Part shown: in pieces, positions 1 through 13,329 of the stretch
How the letters are laid out: each line of letters opens with the position of its first letter
Position numbering within the stretch: position 1 is the stretch's first letter
Origin: Octopus sinensis
Lineage: Eukaryota
Assembly (NCBI RefSeq): GCF_006345805.1
Contig: NC_043022.1
Coordinates: 7,316,001-7,380,000 of the forward strand
Length of the DNA stretch: 64,000 nucleotides
Direction: 5' to 3'
Translations under genes and position numbers: made by a program
Notes under the pieces: model-generated
What the model was told of the DNA's origin: nothing
Seen by the model: the letters and a program-made list of their open reading frames with translations, nothing else
Databases searched by the model: none

Positions 1-11
1 GTATATATAAT

Positions 12-75
<64 letters not shown>
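1..75. repeat. (TA)n microsatellite, first of dozens of TA/CA/GA/TACA/GATA tracts
   Basis: Direct reading. Confidence 0.98.
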
Positions 76-78
<3 letters not shown>

Positions 79-347
79 AATAAAATAGAACATATGCATA
101 TATATAAACATATATGTACGTACCTACCTCTACATGTACATATACACGCATATATGTGTACAGGACACCAAAAAGACGTCGAACACATAGAGAGACGAAA
201 CACATAGACACAAACCAAGGAACAAGACAAGCAAAAAAGAGAGAGATACAGGACAATAAGCACAACGAAAAAACCCCTTCTTCAGTCGCTAAGATTTCAT
301 CTACTAAACGTTTCGAAGGATAAAAGCGAGACGTATACTTCGAAGAA

Positions 348-350
<3 letters not shown>
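76..350 (-). mobile_element. Dispersed repeat family P1, Penelope-like terminal-repeat fragment abutting (TA)n
   Basis: Second, shorter near-identical copy at 15768-15916. Minus strand reads CCTTCGAAACGTTTA...CGACTGAAGAAGGGG, then a U/G-rich tail ending at (TA)n. The class assignment is inference. Confidence 0.45.
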
Positions 351-401
<51 letters not shown>

Positions 402-425
402 ATATAATATATATATATATATATA

Positions 426-767
426 GGCGCAGGAGTGGCTGTGGTAAGTAGCTTGCTTACCAACAACATGGTTCCGGGTCAGTCCCACTGCGTGGCATCT
501 TGGGAAAGTGTTGCTGCGCTATAGCCCCGGCCCGACCAATGCTTGTGAGTGGATTTGGTATAGACGGAACTGAAAGAAGCCTGTCGTATATATGTATATA
601 TATATATGTATGTGTGTGTATATGTTTGTGTGTCTGTGTTTGCCCCCCTAGCATTGCTTGACAACCGATGTTAGTGTGTTTATGTCCCCGTCACTTAGCG
701 GTTCGGCAAAAAGAGACCGATAGAATAAGTACTGGGCTTACAAAGAATAAGTTCCGGGGTCGATTTG
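426..767 (+). mobile_element. tRNA-derived SINE family A, 3'-truncated
   Basis: Head GGCGCAGGAGTGGCTGTG(TG)GTAAG with A-box-like TGGCTGTGTGG and B-box-like GGTTCAGTCCC. More than 15 copies in the window. Confidence 0.9.
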
Positions 768-893
768 TATGATCTAATGTAGCAATGATTTTAAAAAAAA
801 GCGCTGGTATAAAATTAATGTTCAGGCTCGTGTTGATCTGTCATTATTTTTGATCTGTCATTGCTATACTGGTGATATACACTGTGAGTGTGC

Positions 894-944
<51 letters not shown>

Positions 945-1781
945 ATATATATAATATATATATATATATTATATATATATATATATTAAATCATTGCTAC
1001 ATTAGATCATACATATTGTTTATTTCAACAGGATAATTTTGAAGCCCCCCCTCTCTCTCTCTCTCACTCTTTCTTACTACAGTATAGATTACTGTAATAC
1101 AAGCTGTTACACATTCATATCTATGTGTTTACGTATGCAGAATACATCCCCACTTTTGGCACTATTTTGTTAGTGAACAATACAAACTGTGTGTAAAGTA
1201 TATTATGTATTACTACGCTGAATGTCGAGTCCGTGTAACATGGAAAGTAAATAAACACGTTAACAATAACAGTGGCTTTCATTTGGTTGTCTATCCCATT
1301 AGAACCCAAACTACACACAACACAAGCTAAATAAATTTTTCAAAACCATGATTATTTTCAATCTCTGCCCAATCTCCTTTGATAGTATGTGCATATTAGA
1401 CGCAATGAAGATTTTTTGTAGATTTTTTTGGAGGAAAAACTACATCCAGTAGCTCTCTCCAGTATTTTGTTGAGTGCTGTGTTTTTCACGGCTGCACTGT
1501 CAGACGGACTTGTCCGAGGTAAGCGCAGAGTGACGAAATCGTTCTGCACGCCCTCGTTCAGTGTCCGGGCATTGCTGACTTGTGGGGTTATGTTGAACAG
1601 CTACTGTCACGTGTGGGACGGATCCATCTGTCGGCCGAGTTTTCAATCGGGCAAGCAAGGCAGTTCTCCTTTAGCTGGCAGCTGTGGTGAAAGAAGTTGT
1701 TTGGTGCACAAGGCTAAAAGGCATGAGGACAAATACATTCCTCTTTGGTAGAGCACGCATTGACTTTTTCAAAGCCTTAAG

Positions 1782-2190
1782 ATGCCGCCCAAACGGCCTA
1801 CACCTATGGCTTCTGAAAGTGAACCTAAGCGCCAAAAAGGTTATGATGCTCCATGCGAAGGCAACACTGCTAGATATGTTCTGGGAAGGTAAAAGTTATG
1901 CTGCAGTAGGACGCTACTATGAGAGCACCGGACGCTACATAAAGAAGAACGAGGGGGCGATCAGGACTACCGTAGCAGTAAGTTTCTGTGAAAGTGCCAA
2001 AAAGATGACGATACTGAGAAATAAACACTTGGTCAGGATAGAATCTGCCTTGGTATTGTGGATCAGTGACTGCAAGAAAAAAAACAACCCCTTCAGCTGT
2101 AGCATCATCCGCGAGACAGCGCGGAAATTATACCAGCGGTTTGACAGAGGAGACGAAGAAGACGGTACCGAAGAACCGCAACCAGGACCA
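1782..2190 (+). pseudogene. Tigger/pogo-type transposase N-terminal fragment (CENP-B-like HTH domains)
   Basis: MPPKRP...EPKRQK, a frameshift, then KVMMLHAKATLLDMFWEGKSYAAVGRYY...ESTGRYIKKNEGAIR...RIESALVLWISDCKKKNNPFSCSIIRETARKLY. No DDD catalytic region and no TIR found. Confidence 0.85.
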
Positions 2191-2299
2191 TTGACAGCAC
2201 TGGAGCCCGAAGATTCTTTCGCCGCTATATTGTGATCACAGGGAATACTCATGTCAATTAATAAACACATCCTTTTTGTCTGATCTTTTATAATGATAT

Positions 2300-2309
2300 C
2301 CTATTATTA

Positions 2310-2365
<56 letters not shown>

Positions 2366-2429
2366 TTATTATCATTATTATTATTACTATTATTACTATT
2401 ATAATTTTTTATTATTATTATTATTATTA

Positions 2430-2463
<34 letters not shown>

Positions 2464-2545
2464 TTATTATTATTATTATTATTATTACTATTATTATTAC
2501 TATTATTATTATTATTATATTATTATTACTATTATTATTATTATA

Positions 2546-2602
<57 letters not shown>

Positions 2603-2610
2603 TATTATAC

Positions 2611-2649
<39 letters not shown>

Positions 2650-2653
2650 ATTA

Positions 2654-2690
<37 letters not shown>
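2300..2690. repeat. (ATT)n microsatellite, about 390 bp
   Basis: Direct reading. Confidence 0.97.
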
Positions 2691-2929
2691 CAAAGCAATG
2701 GGCAACAGAATCAGTACAAGTTTTGGTTGTGGTTCAAACCCAGACCTATCATAACCGAACAAACTTATGATCGAGGATACTCCAGCCATGACCTTTTCGT
2801 TTGTTTTCTTTATACAGTATATCATTGTCCAATGTGTGTTTCTTTTTCATGATGGGACATTTGGCTGTTATTTCTTGCAAGTCAAGCGACCATATAAAGA
2901 TTTTCTTGTTAGTACATTTAAGTGACATT

Positions 2930-3212
2930 GCAGTAGTAGTATGGTGGTGGTGGTGGTGGTGGTAGTAGTGGTGGTGTTGGTTCTGGTGGTGGTGGTGGTA
3001 GTAGTAATAGTAGTGGTGGTGGTGGTGGTGGTGGTGGTTCTGGTGGTGGTGGTGATAGTAGTAGTAGTAGTAGCAGTGGTGACTTTGGTGGTGTGGTGGT
3101 GGTGGTGGTTCTGGTGGTGGTGGTGGTGGTTCTGGTGGTGGTTCTGGTGGTGGTGGTGGTGGTTCTGGTGGTGGTTCTGGTGGTGGTGGTGGTAGCAGTA
3201 GTAGTAGTGGTG

Positions 3213-3243
<31 letters not shown>

Positions 3244-3305
3244 CAGTGGTGACTTTGGTGGTGTGGTGGTGGTGGTGGCGGCGGCGGCGGCGGCGGTGAT
3301 GGTGT
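2930..3305. repeat. Compound (GGT)n/(AGT)n microsatellite with an internal duplication
   Basis: AGCAGTGGTGACTTTGGTGGTGTGG occurs twice, at about 3072 and 3242. Confidence 0.95.
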
Positions 3306-3345
3306 TAGTCGTAGTAGTCTCTATGCAGAAAGAATTGACTGTCCT

Positions 3346-3465
3346 TACGGATGCAGGAGTCACGTGACACAGAATGAAAGTCGGAGGTCTTCCCTAAACC
3401 GTCAGTGACGTCAGAGAGCGATGCCTGACGGGATCGTTTTTGTTGTTGGAGAGAACCATGGCGGA
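3346..3465. promoter_or_regulatory. Candidate promoter/enhancer island: CLEAR/E-box plus CRE
   Basis: GTCACGTGAC at 3359-3368, TGACGTCA at 3406-3413, about 9 CpG in 120 bp, and ACCATGGCGG with ATG at 3458. Non-repetitive sequence between simple repeats. Confidence 0.35.
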
Positions 3466-3519
3466 GACTGGGACAACAAACAATTACCCCCCCACACACA
3501 CACACACGCGCGCACTCTC

Positions 3520-4270
3520 TCTCTCTTTCCTCCTCCTCCTTACGTTCTCTCCCCCCTCTCTCCTCCTTCTCCTTACGTTCTCTCCCCCTCTCTCCTTCTC
3601 CTTATGTTCTCTTCCCCCTCTGTCCTCCTTCTCCTTACGTTCTCTCCCCTCTCTCCTCCTTCTCCTTACGTTCTCTCCCCCCTCTCTCCTCCTTCTCCCT
3701 ACGTTCTCTTCCCCCTCTCTCCTCTCCTCTCTTACGTTCTCTCCCCTCTCTCCTCCTCCTCCTTACGTTCTCTCCCCTCCTCCTCTCTCCTCCTTCTCCT
3801 TACGTCTTTCCCCCCCTCTCCTTCTCCTTACGTTCTCTCCCCTCTCTCCTCTCCTCCTCCTCCTTACGTTCTCTTCCCCCTCTCACCTCCTTCTCCTTAC
3901 GTTCTCTTCCCCTTCTCTCCTTCTCCTTACGTTCTCTCCCCTCTCTCCCCCTCCTCCTTCTCCTTACGTTCTCTTCCCTCCTCTCCTCCTTCTCCTACGA
4001 CGTTCTCTCCCCGTCTCTCCTCCTTCTCCTTACGTTCTCTTCCCCCTCTCTCCTTCTCCTTACGTTCTCTCCCCCTCTCTCCTTGTCCTTACGTTCTCTC
4101 CCCTCTCTCCTCCTCCTTACGTTCTCTCCCCTCTCTCCTCCTTCTCCTTAAGTTCTCTTCCCCCTCTCTCCTCCTTCTCCTTACGTTCTCTCCCCTCTCT
4201 CTCCTCCTTCTCCTTACGTTCTCTCCCCTCTCTCTCCTCCTTCTCCTTAAGTTCTCTTCCCCCTCTCTCT
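3520..4270. repeat. Pyrimidine-strand minisatellite, about 23 units of 28-36 bp, core CCTTACGTTCTC
   Basis: The core recurs at about 30-bp intervals in an otherwise C/T-only strand. Confidence 0.95.
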
Positions 4271-4369
4271 ATGGCAATACATCTTCATCCAACACATTTC
4301 AGTATTAAAAGTCTTCACCGAAATTGAATCAGTTTTCATTGTTTCGTGTGAATTGTGGGACATTTGCTT

Positions 4370-4400
<31 letters not shown>

Positions 4401-4503
4401 GTGTGTGTGTGTGTGTAGATGTGTGTGTGCATGTGTGCATAGATGAATGTACTCGGATGTATGCATGGAAATACCTATGTGTGTGTGTGTGTGTGGTGTA
4501 TAA

Positions 4504-4828
4504 ACTGGCAGTTACAATGATGAGGGTTCCAGTTTATCCGATCAACCGAATAACTTACTCGTGAAATTAACGCGCAAGTGGCTGAGTACTCCACAGTCAC
4601 GCGTACCTTTAACATAGTTCTCAGGGAGATTCAGCATGGTACATACAGAATGTAAAAAGGATGACCCCTTTTGAATTACAAGTACATCTCATTTTTGCCA
4701 GCTGAGTGGACTGGGGCAACAACGTGAAACACAGCGACTTGCTCAAGGACACAATGCGTCATCGGGAATCGAACTCGAGACCTTTCGACTGCAAGCCGAA
4801 TACCGCTAACCACTTAGCTACGCGTCTT
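4504..4828 (-). mobile_element. tRNA-derived SINE family C
   Basis: Reverse complement of the head GCGTAGCTAAGTGGTTAG...GAGTTCGATTCCCG plus body CTGTGGAGTACTCAGCCACTTGC, shared with copies at 8580, 17423, 23063, 39107 and 39450. Confidence 0.85.
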
Positions 4829-4995
4829 CACTGAATGTATATAAAGGCGTGTATGGATGTTTGAAAGTCTTTGTGTATAGGTTTATAAGTGTGTGTAAAT
4901 GGCTTTCCGTCGGTTTCGACGACGGCGATTTCAGTTGATCAAAAACCTAAACTTCATCTTTATTGAATTAATGTGTAAAGTGACTGAGTATATAA

Positions 4996-5397
4996 CTCTC
5001 TTTACTCTTTTACTCTTTTACTTGTTTCAGTCATTTGACTGCGGCCATGCTGGAGCACCGCCTTTTAGTCGAGCAAATCGACCCCGGGACTTATTCTTTG
5101 TAAGCCCAGTACTTATTCCATCGGTCTCTTTTGCCGAACCGCTAAGTAACGGGGACGTAAACACACCAGCATCGGTTGTCAAGCAATGCTAGGGGGACAA
5201 ACACACACACATACATATATATATATACATATATACGACAGGCTTCTTTCAGTTTCCGTCTACCAAATCCACTCACAAGGCATTGGTCGGCCCGGGGCTA
5301 TATACAAAGACACTTGCCCAAGATGCCACGCAGTGGGACTGAACCCGGAACCATGTGGTTGGTTAGCAAGCTACTTACCACACAGCCACTCCTGCGC
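4996..5397 (-). mobile_element. SINE family A, full length
   Basis: Head through the (AAAGAG) tail is present. Confidence 0.92.
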
Positions 5398-5668
5398 GTC
5401 ACATGTGCCTTTAATATGATTGCCAAGCAAACCCAGCATGACGTAGAATGATGGATACAATCCATCTGGACGCCTTCTGCACAGTTTCCGCCAACTCATT
5501 TTCCCTTACAAGCCCTGCGGCGACCCGAAGACGTCAAAGGGTGGGATTGAAATCCGGATCTCTCAGTTTTATCTGTGATCGTTTACTTTTCTATACATGT
5601 TGTATATTCATGTGGGTGTATCTGCCTCTCGGGAAGCATGAATCTATGTCTCCATGTATATATATATA

Positions 5669-5899
5669 TATTTCTTTACTACCCACAAGGGGCTAAACAC
5701 AGAGGGGACAAACAAGGACAGACAAACGGATTAAGTCGATTACATCGACCCCTGTGCGTAACTGGTACTTATTTAATTGACCCCGAAAGGATGAAAGGCA
5801 AAGTCGACTTCGACGGAATTTGAACTCAGAACGTAACGGCAGACAAAATACGGCTACGCATTTCGCCCGGCGTGCTAACGTTTCTGCCAGCTCGCCACC
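5669..5899 (-). mobile_element. SINE family B, subtype B1
   Basis: Head GGCGAGCTGGCAGAAACG, core CTTTCATCCTTTCGGGGTC, tail GGGTAGTAAAGAAATA. TSD CATGTATATATATA at about 5653 and 5902. Confidence 0.92.
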
Positions 5900-6120
5900 T
5901 TCATGTATATATATAGGTGTGTGTGTGTATGTGTCTGTGTGTTTGCGACATGTGGGGAACGAGACAGGGTGAAGTGCTGAGTAAAGGGCCCCATAACGTT
6001 GGCAAGAAATGAAAGTTGTTATTGCTGTTTTGATTATATTTAGCTCCCAGATCAGCCCTTGTTCTCCTCAATTCGTATAATCAAAGGTTTTCTAGCCGTA
6101 ACCACCCCGTTTATTATCTA

Positions 6121-6495
6121 CTAGCAGTATCGCCCGGCGTTGCTCGGGTTTGTAAGGGAAATAACTATAAAGCATTTTTAGAGAGTTATAGCCAAAAAAT
6201 AGAAAAAAAATTATGGTAAATTTTTTTTGATAGTTAAAAAGGTCGAGTTGCGTCCCCTAGACAGTCTGTGGTTTGTGTTTCTGATTCTCGACCCCATGTC
6301 GAATTTATCGATTTTTTTCAGAACTGGGGGAACTTTTCAAAATTTTCGCTGCGTTAGTTTTGAATTATGACATTGGGGTATGTATGTGTGTCAAGTTTCA
6401 TCAGAATCGGTTGAAAGCCGTGGTCAGGGTGAGGGTACGAGAAAACAGACACACAGACACGCAGACAGACAAACTGCCGTTTATATATAGAGAGA
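6121..6495 (-). mobile_element. Non-autonomous Helitron, variant H1
   Basis: Minus strand starts TC and ends with hairpin CCCGAGCAACGCCGGG then CTAG. Flanked by A and T with no TSD. Confidence 0.92.
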
Positions 6496-7328
6496 TGACG
6501 TAGGAAAGCTAGGAGTACGTTATTCAATGTGTCCACTGTTTCTAAAGATAGCCAGGTGTGATTTGTGAGAGATTATACTGCTATTTCTAGCATGTGAAGA
6601 GACCTATGTGGGACTTTCTGGTCGGTTCTAGATTTCATGTTGAACAGCGGGGGCGGGAGTGGTGGCGATGACTCACAATCTCTTATTGATTGTGGAAGAA
6701 TATATTTACAATATGGTAGATAACATTCAAAGAGCAAATAACATCTTTTCTGGCAACAAAGGCCATATTGGGGGTGTGGGGGCGGGCACGGAAGAGTTGG
6801 TGATTTTTATTGATTCCCATGGAAGATGAAAGAAGGTTAGTCTGTAGCTGCGGGATTTGAACTCGCAGCCAACAGGGGACAGTAAAGACAGTACCAGGCA
6901 CCCTACTATTTCTGTCTGTCAATAAATACCTCTACCCACCACCGCCATATTATTAAGGTAATCTTGCCTAACATCTAGATTCATTCTGTGAGGCATCAAC
7001 ACCACCACCTCCCCCACCATCACCATCATCACTATCAACCTCACCACCGCCACCGCCACAGCCGTTAGCGAAACTTTCATTATATTTTCTTCATGTGGCT
7101 ATTTTTGAGATTCAATCTTTCTGTTTATTTCACACACATACACACACACACACACATGCACACTGGTCATAGTTCCAACTAATTTCTAATTAATTGTTGA
7201 GCACTATTAGTAAAAATGTTGACGAGGTGAATTAAGAAGGTACCGTGGGAAGGTCAGTGTCCAGTTATCTCATCACCACACGCATGCACCCGCAAATATA
7301 AACACACTCTCATACACGCACACACAGA

Positions 7329-7368
<40 letters not shown>

Positions 7369-7510
7369 CACGCATGAGTATATGGATATATATAAATATA
7401 TATAGTCATGGGTATATGTATATATGTTGCATGGTGTGTGTGTGTGGTGTATGTATGTATATATAAGTATGTACGTATGCTAATGCATGTGTATATATAT
7501 ATATATAATA

Positions 7511-7569
<59 letters not shown>

Positions 7570-8579
7570 TATGTATGTATACATACGATATATAAAGAGC
7601 TGATTTATAAGTGAAGTGCAGAGAGAGAGCGGGGGATGAGAAATCAACAGGAAAAGAGTAAGATCCGCCATGTTAGAAGATCTCTTTAATGATAAGAAAA
7701 AATGGAGTCAGTTTTAAAGATCGTCTGCTACTTAAAAAGATGGCGGGGCAATAGTACATCGGACGTGAAACACATAAACCTACGCTAAAGAAAAAAAGAA
7801 TCAAATCAGTTAGTCCGATCAATGGTTTAATTTGCAGACCAACAGACCGCATCTAACTGTCTCTAATGTTTATTACTTGGATCTGTGTGTGTGTGAATGG
7901 TGACGTTTGTCTTCTTGAGACTGAATTCGTATCACCTTGGTCAGTTCTGTAATAACAGCCAATTCTTCCTGCCTTTTGTATTGCTTGGTCATCGTTGGCG
8001 AAGGTGTTATTTAGCCCTAGGTCAACACTAATTGAACAGATCTTTCGATGGACGCGTGACAGCCGTGACCATCTGGGCCATAAAAGGAGCTCTGTGATAA
8101 CATTGCCTTCTTTTATGACGGCACGGTCTGATTTGAGAATAATTTAGCTGTTATTAAGTGGAGGTTCGTAGACTTGTTGATAATGGTGGTGATAATGGTG
8201 GTTTGGAGTAGGGTTATTCCACCTCTTGTTATTCCATTTCTGATGTAAGCTGGACGATGTAGAATCCGCTTTCTAAGGCCTTTGTATAGAGCCTGGCTTG
8301 TTCAGATCCTTCCGAGTTTTGAATATTCTCATTTAAGGCTTCCATTTGTAATTGTATATTGTTTTGAGGACCAAGGTAAAAGAGTTGTGATTTGATGGTG
8401 GAGGCCTTCACAATTTGTTGCTGAGTCGAGGAATAAACTGCTCAATAGTTGGACCATTGGTTTTAAAAAAATCCTTAAAATCGAGGTGTGGCGGGACCGG
8501 CATGTCACAGAATAGACCAGTGATTTCCCCACTGGTGGGGCCTGGGAAAATTTTGATGGGACGTAGGATACAAAATTGA

Positions 8580-8697
8580 AAGGTACGTGTGTCTGTGGAG
8601 TGCTCAGCCACTTGCACGTTAATTTTACGAGCAGGCTGTTCCGTTGATCGGATCAAGTGGAACGCTAGTCGTTGTCGTACGCGACGGAACGTCAGTC
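8580..8697 (+). mobile_element. SINE family C, 3' half
   Basis: GTGTCTGTGGAGTGCTCAGCCACTTGCACGTTAA matches other family C copies. Confidence 0.8.
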
Positions 8698-9205
8698 ACT
8701 TCTTTTACAAAAGAAATGCAGCGATGTTAAGTAGTTATTGCTTTAAAGCCAGAAATGAGTTTATGTTACCATTTATGTATGGGAAAACCTTTGTGCTCCA
8801 ACCGATGAGAAATCTCCTGTCTAGATGTCGGTACCAGAGATTCCGAATGTGAAAATGTTTGAGATGTTGGTGCGGCAATGTAAAATCATGAGCTCAGGGG
8901 TCGGCTTTTGATGTCTGCCTCGACTGAGTGCAAGGGAGTGGATGGGGCGGATAGCCAAATAAGGATGAAGCATTTTGGGTCGAAAGAACATCCAGTATAA
9001 GATTGGCCTGTTATATCTAGCAGGACTCGATCTATATGAAGTGCACAGCATACTGTTCTTTTTGTACTTGTCAGCACAGATCAAGCAGAAGTGATGCAAT
9101 CAGAAGACATTCCGACCGTGACCATCGCAGATTTTTCCTTATATGCAGAGAACCTAGAGGCATATTGTTATATTATCTCCTTACACACACACACACACAC
9201 ACACA

Positions 9206-10032
9206 TCAGGTTGAGTAAAAAGTAAGCAACGTTTTGAACCATGAAAAATTTGTACCTGATTTTTGCAGAGTTTTGAATTTTTTTTAAAACTTTTTTTGCA
9301 ATTGTCTGATTATAGACTTTTTCAAATGCATCAATAAATTAACATTGATATTCTTTTCACCGTTGTAATAATCACTGAAATGGAACTGTCAAAGCGTGAT
9401 ATTCGAGCAATTTTGTTATTCAACTTCAAAAAAGAATGTAAAGCAGCTGAAACTGCTCGCGATGTCAACGAAACGTTTGGCGAAAAAATGAGCAATGAGT
9501 GATCAGCTCGAAAATGGTTTAAACGATTTCACAGTGGAGACGTGAGCCTTGAAGATCGCGAGCACAGTGGACGCCCATCTGTCATCGATGATGGTGAATT
9601 AGAGGCCGTCATTGAGAAAGACCCACATAATACCACTCGGGAATTGGCAAAAGAATTTCAAGCTAGCCAGAAAACTAAAACTGACTGCAACCATTTGCAT
9701 ACGATCGGAAAATCAAAAAGGCTCGACCAATGGGTTCCACACGATTCGAATGAAAATCAGAAAATGCGCAGATATGAAATTTGCTCGTCGTTTCTTCTCC
9801 GTAACCAGACCGATCTATTTCTCGACCGTATTGTAACTTGCGATGAAAAGTTAATTCTGTACATAATAAAAAAACACGTTCTTTGCAGTGGTTGGACCAA
9901 AATGAAGCAGCGAAAACCTTCCTTAAACCTGAGCTCTTCAAAAATAAGGTTATGGTGACTGTTTGGTGGTGTACTGCTGGAATCATCCACTATAACTTCT
10001 TAAAACCCGGAAAAACCATTTCTGCAGAAACA
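9206..10032 (+). mobile_element. mariner element (Hsmar1/cecropia-like), 3'-truncated and decayed
   Basis: Left TIR TCAGGTTGAGTAAAAAGTAAGC and ATG at 9380. Translates to ...WFKRFHSGDVSLEDREHSGRP...QWVPHD...FLDRIVTCDEK...KVMVTVWW...[19 protein letters not shown], with a stop and frameshifts. Ends in a microsatellite. Confidence 0.93.
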
Positions 10033-10094
10033 TATATATATGTGTGTGTGTGTATATAGATTTATGTATGTGTAAATATATGTCTGTATATATA

Positions 10095-10146
<52 letters not shown>

Positions 10147-10392
10147 ATATGTATGGGTATGTATGTGTATGTATATATATGTATATGCATGTGTATGCAT
10201 ATATATATATAATATTATATATATATATATATATATATTATGTATATATGTATATGTATGTGTATATATATGTATGTATATGTACACATATATGTATGTA
10301 TATATATGCATGTGTATATATATGCATGTATGTGTATATGTATATATATGTATATGTATATATGTGTATGCATATATGTGTATGTATATATG

Positions 10393-10456
<64 letters not shown>

Positions 10457-10469
10457 TGTGTGTATATAC

Positions 10470-10502
<33 letters not shown>
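10033..10502. repeat. Degenerate (TA)/(TG)/(TATG) microsatellite
   Basis: Direct reading. Confidence 0.95.
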
Positions 10503-10977
<475 letters not shown>

Positions 10978-11244
10978 CTTTGCATTTCGGCCATGCTGGG
11001 GCACCACCTTGAATCGTTTTAGTCGAACGAATCGACCCCAGGACATAATTTATTAAGCATGGTACTTATTCTATCGGTTTCTTTTGCCGAGCCGCTAAGT
11101 AAACAAACCAACTCCAGTTGCCAAGTGTTAGTGGCGGACAAACACAAAGACACACACACAAATCAGAGCACATGCTTTTGTCGATCTGTATCAGAACAAG
11201 GGTGTGTGTGTGTGTCTGTGTCTGGGTTCGGTAATACAGGAAGA

Positions 11245-11760
11245 GAATACTGGGGTTGATGTAATCGACTTAACCACTTCCCAAAAACTACTGCCCTTCT
11301 GTCGAAATTAGAAGCCATAATTATGAAGGCATCGAACTGCTAGAACCGTAGCAAGCCGGACAAAATGCTTAGTGGCATTTCACCCGTCTTTACATTCTGA
11401 GTTGAAACGTCACCGAGGTTGACTTTGCCTTTCATCCTTTTGGGGTCGATAAAATAAGTACCAGTGATATACTGGGGTCGATGTAATCGACTTAAACCCC
11501 CCTCCCCTAAAATTTCAGGTCTTATGCCTTTAATAGAAAGGATTATTATTATTAAAGTAGCGGAAATCATAATCATTAGCAAGTCGGACAAAGTGTTATA
11601 CAGCATTTCTTCCGGTTCTTTACGTTCTGAGATCAACTTTGCCTTTCATCCTTCCGACGTCGACGAAATAAGTACCAGTGGTGCATTGGGGTCGATATGA
11701 TCGTCTTCCCTTCCCCTCAAAATTGCTGGCCCTGTGCCAAAATTTGAAACCTTGATTATT
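11245..11760 (+). mobile_element. Head-to-tail run of older SINE-B subtype B2 copies
   Basis: Two near-complete units and one partial unit, with the B core and the alternative tail CCCCTCCCC-AAAATTTCAGG...(ATT)n. Confidence 0.75.
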
Positions 11761-12400
11761 TAGGTGGCGGAGTGACAAACTAGAAAAGATCGTCTGCTTG
11801 GACTTGTTCTCGCCGCCATTGTTGTTCGGTGTCGTCTGCCATAAAGACGGATCCCTCCATTGTTGTTCGGTGTCGTCTGTCATAAAGACGGATCCCATGT
11901 TCTCCAGCAAATGGCATCCAGAGGATATCGATCGAGAATTATTCCTCTGGTGCTTTGCTAAGAATGCTCCAACTATTTGTATAGGTTTTGGCCTTTTAGT
12001 GGGGAGGCGGAGAGGTGGGATTATTTAACCTTGTTGTTGTTGGTGGTGGTGGTGGTGATGGTGGGGGAAATGGCGAATTCCATGTGGTGGTGGCGGTGGA
12101 GGAAAAATTTGGTAATAGTAGTAGTGCTGCTGCTGCTACTGCTGCTGTTACTCTTGGCTATGTTGGTGACGGTGATGGGGGGAGGATTGTGTGTTTTGCT
12201 GTTAAATGTTATTTGGAAACATCGCTTGCCTAATACTCACTGGTATGTGTGTGTGTGTGAGTGTGTGTGTGCGTGTGTACTCGTGCATATGTGTAGGTGA
12301 GTGTTTGTTTACGTGTTTATCTCTTTATATCTATATTCTCTTTCCGTTTCATACATATACTTATACACACACACACACACACACACACATACACACACAT

Positions 12401-12457
<57 letters not shown>

Positions 12458-13040
12458 CACACGTGAATGAGAGTGTGTATGCGTATGTACATGAGCATGT
12501 GTATTTGAGTGATTGTGTGTGTGTGTATCTATGAAGTATCACCTCCTCCTCCGCATCCTCCCTCTCTCTGTATTCGTTCTTCAGGGTTTGGGCTAAATAA
12601 TAGAAACACTTTGTTAAATGGAAGATTCATCATTCAATCCCGAGTTGGTCCACCTTTGGCATCAATTACACATTTAGTACGACGAGGAATTGCTTCGTAG
12701 AGAATCCGCTTGATAGCTGACAGAGGAGGGTTTTGTTATTCTCAGTTTCCAGCCAGAGTTATGTGTCTAGTACTAGTAGTCTATGGTTAGGGTGTTTAGT
12801 GGGGTAGTCTATCATGACCTTAATACTCTGGTGGATGGAGTTAGCTATTTGCTGAATGCTCAAGGAAAACTTGCTTTAGCTCTTTGAGCAACGATGATGG
12901 AAAGGAGCAGCTCCTCACTTGCTCCTCCAAAATCTATCACAAATTTTCGGTTATATTGAGATCCGGTGACTGGAAAAGGGTGGGGGTGGTACTCCACTTT
13001 TGTGCTCTTCGTACCAATTCTGTATAAACAATGGACATGT

Positions 13041-13163
13041 GATTATAATCCGACTGGTCTCACTCATTATTGACCCAGGTCCAAACAACAACACTCTCCT
13101 ACTTCGTCATCCATTCAACTCATCTACCTTGTGGTAGTGGTGGTGGTGGTGGTGGTGGTGGTG

Positions 13164-13227
<64 letters not shown>

Positions 13228-13322
13228 GACAGCCGTCTACAACAGTGCCCCGCAACCGATACGCCGTTGTACACTGGTGTGCCGCGAGACGATGCTAGGT
13301 GTGCCGCAGTGTAACCTGAATA
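13041..13322 (+). repeat. About 280-bp local direct repeat; second copy at 14898-15172
   Basis: GATTATAATCCGACTGGTCTCACTC...(GGT)(AGT)n...GTAACCTGAAATA is present twice. Confidence 0.93.
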
Positions 13323-13329
13323 TCGTCCT

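Noticed and set aside
2293-4327. Long ORFs (153, 204 and 295 aa) rich in Y/I/L, P/H or S/P/L
   Set aside because: They are translations of the (ATT)n, (GGT)n and CT-minisatellite tracts, which lack stop codons by composition.
8800-9160. Coding-like composition upstream of the mariner
   Set aside because: All frames contain stops, and no family motif was recognised.
12584-12700. Possible exon after a strong acceptor (CTGTATTCGTTCTTCAG)
   Set aside because: No recognisable protein in any frame and no convincing donor site.
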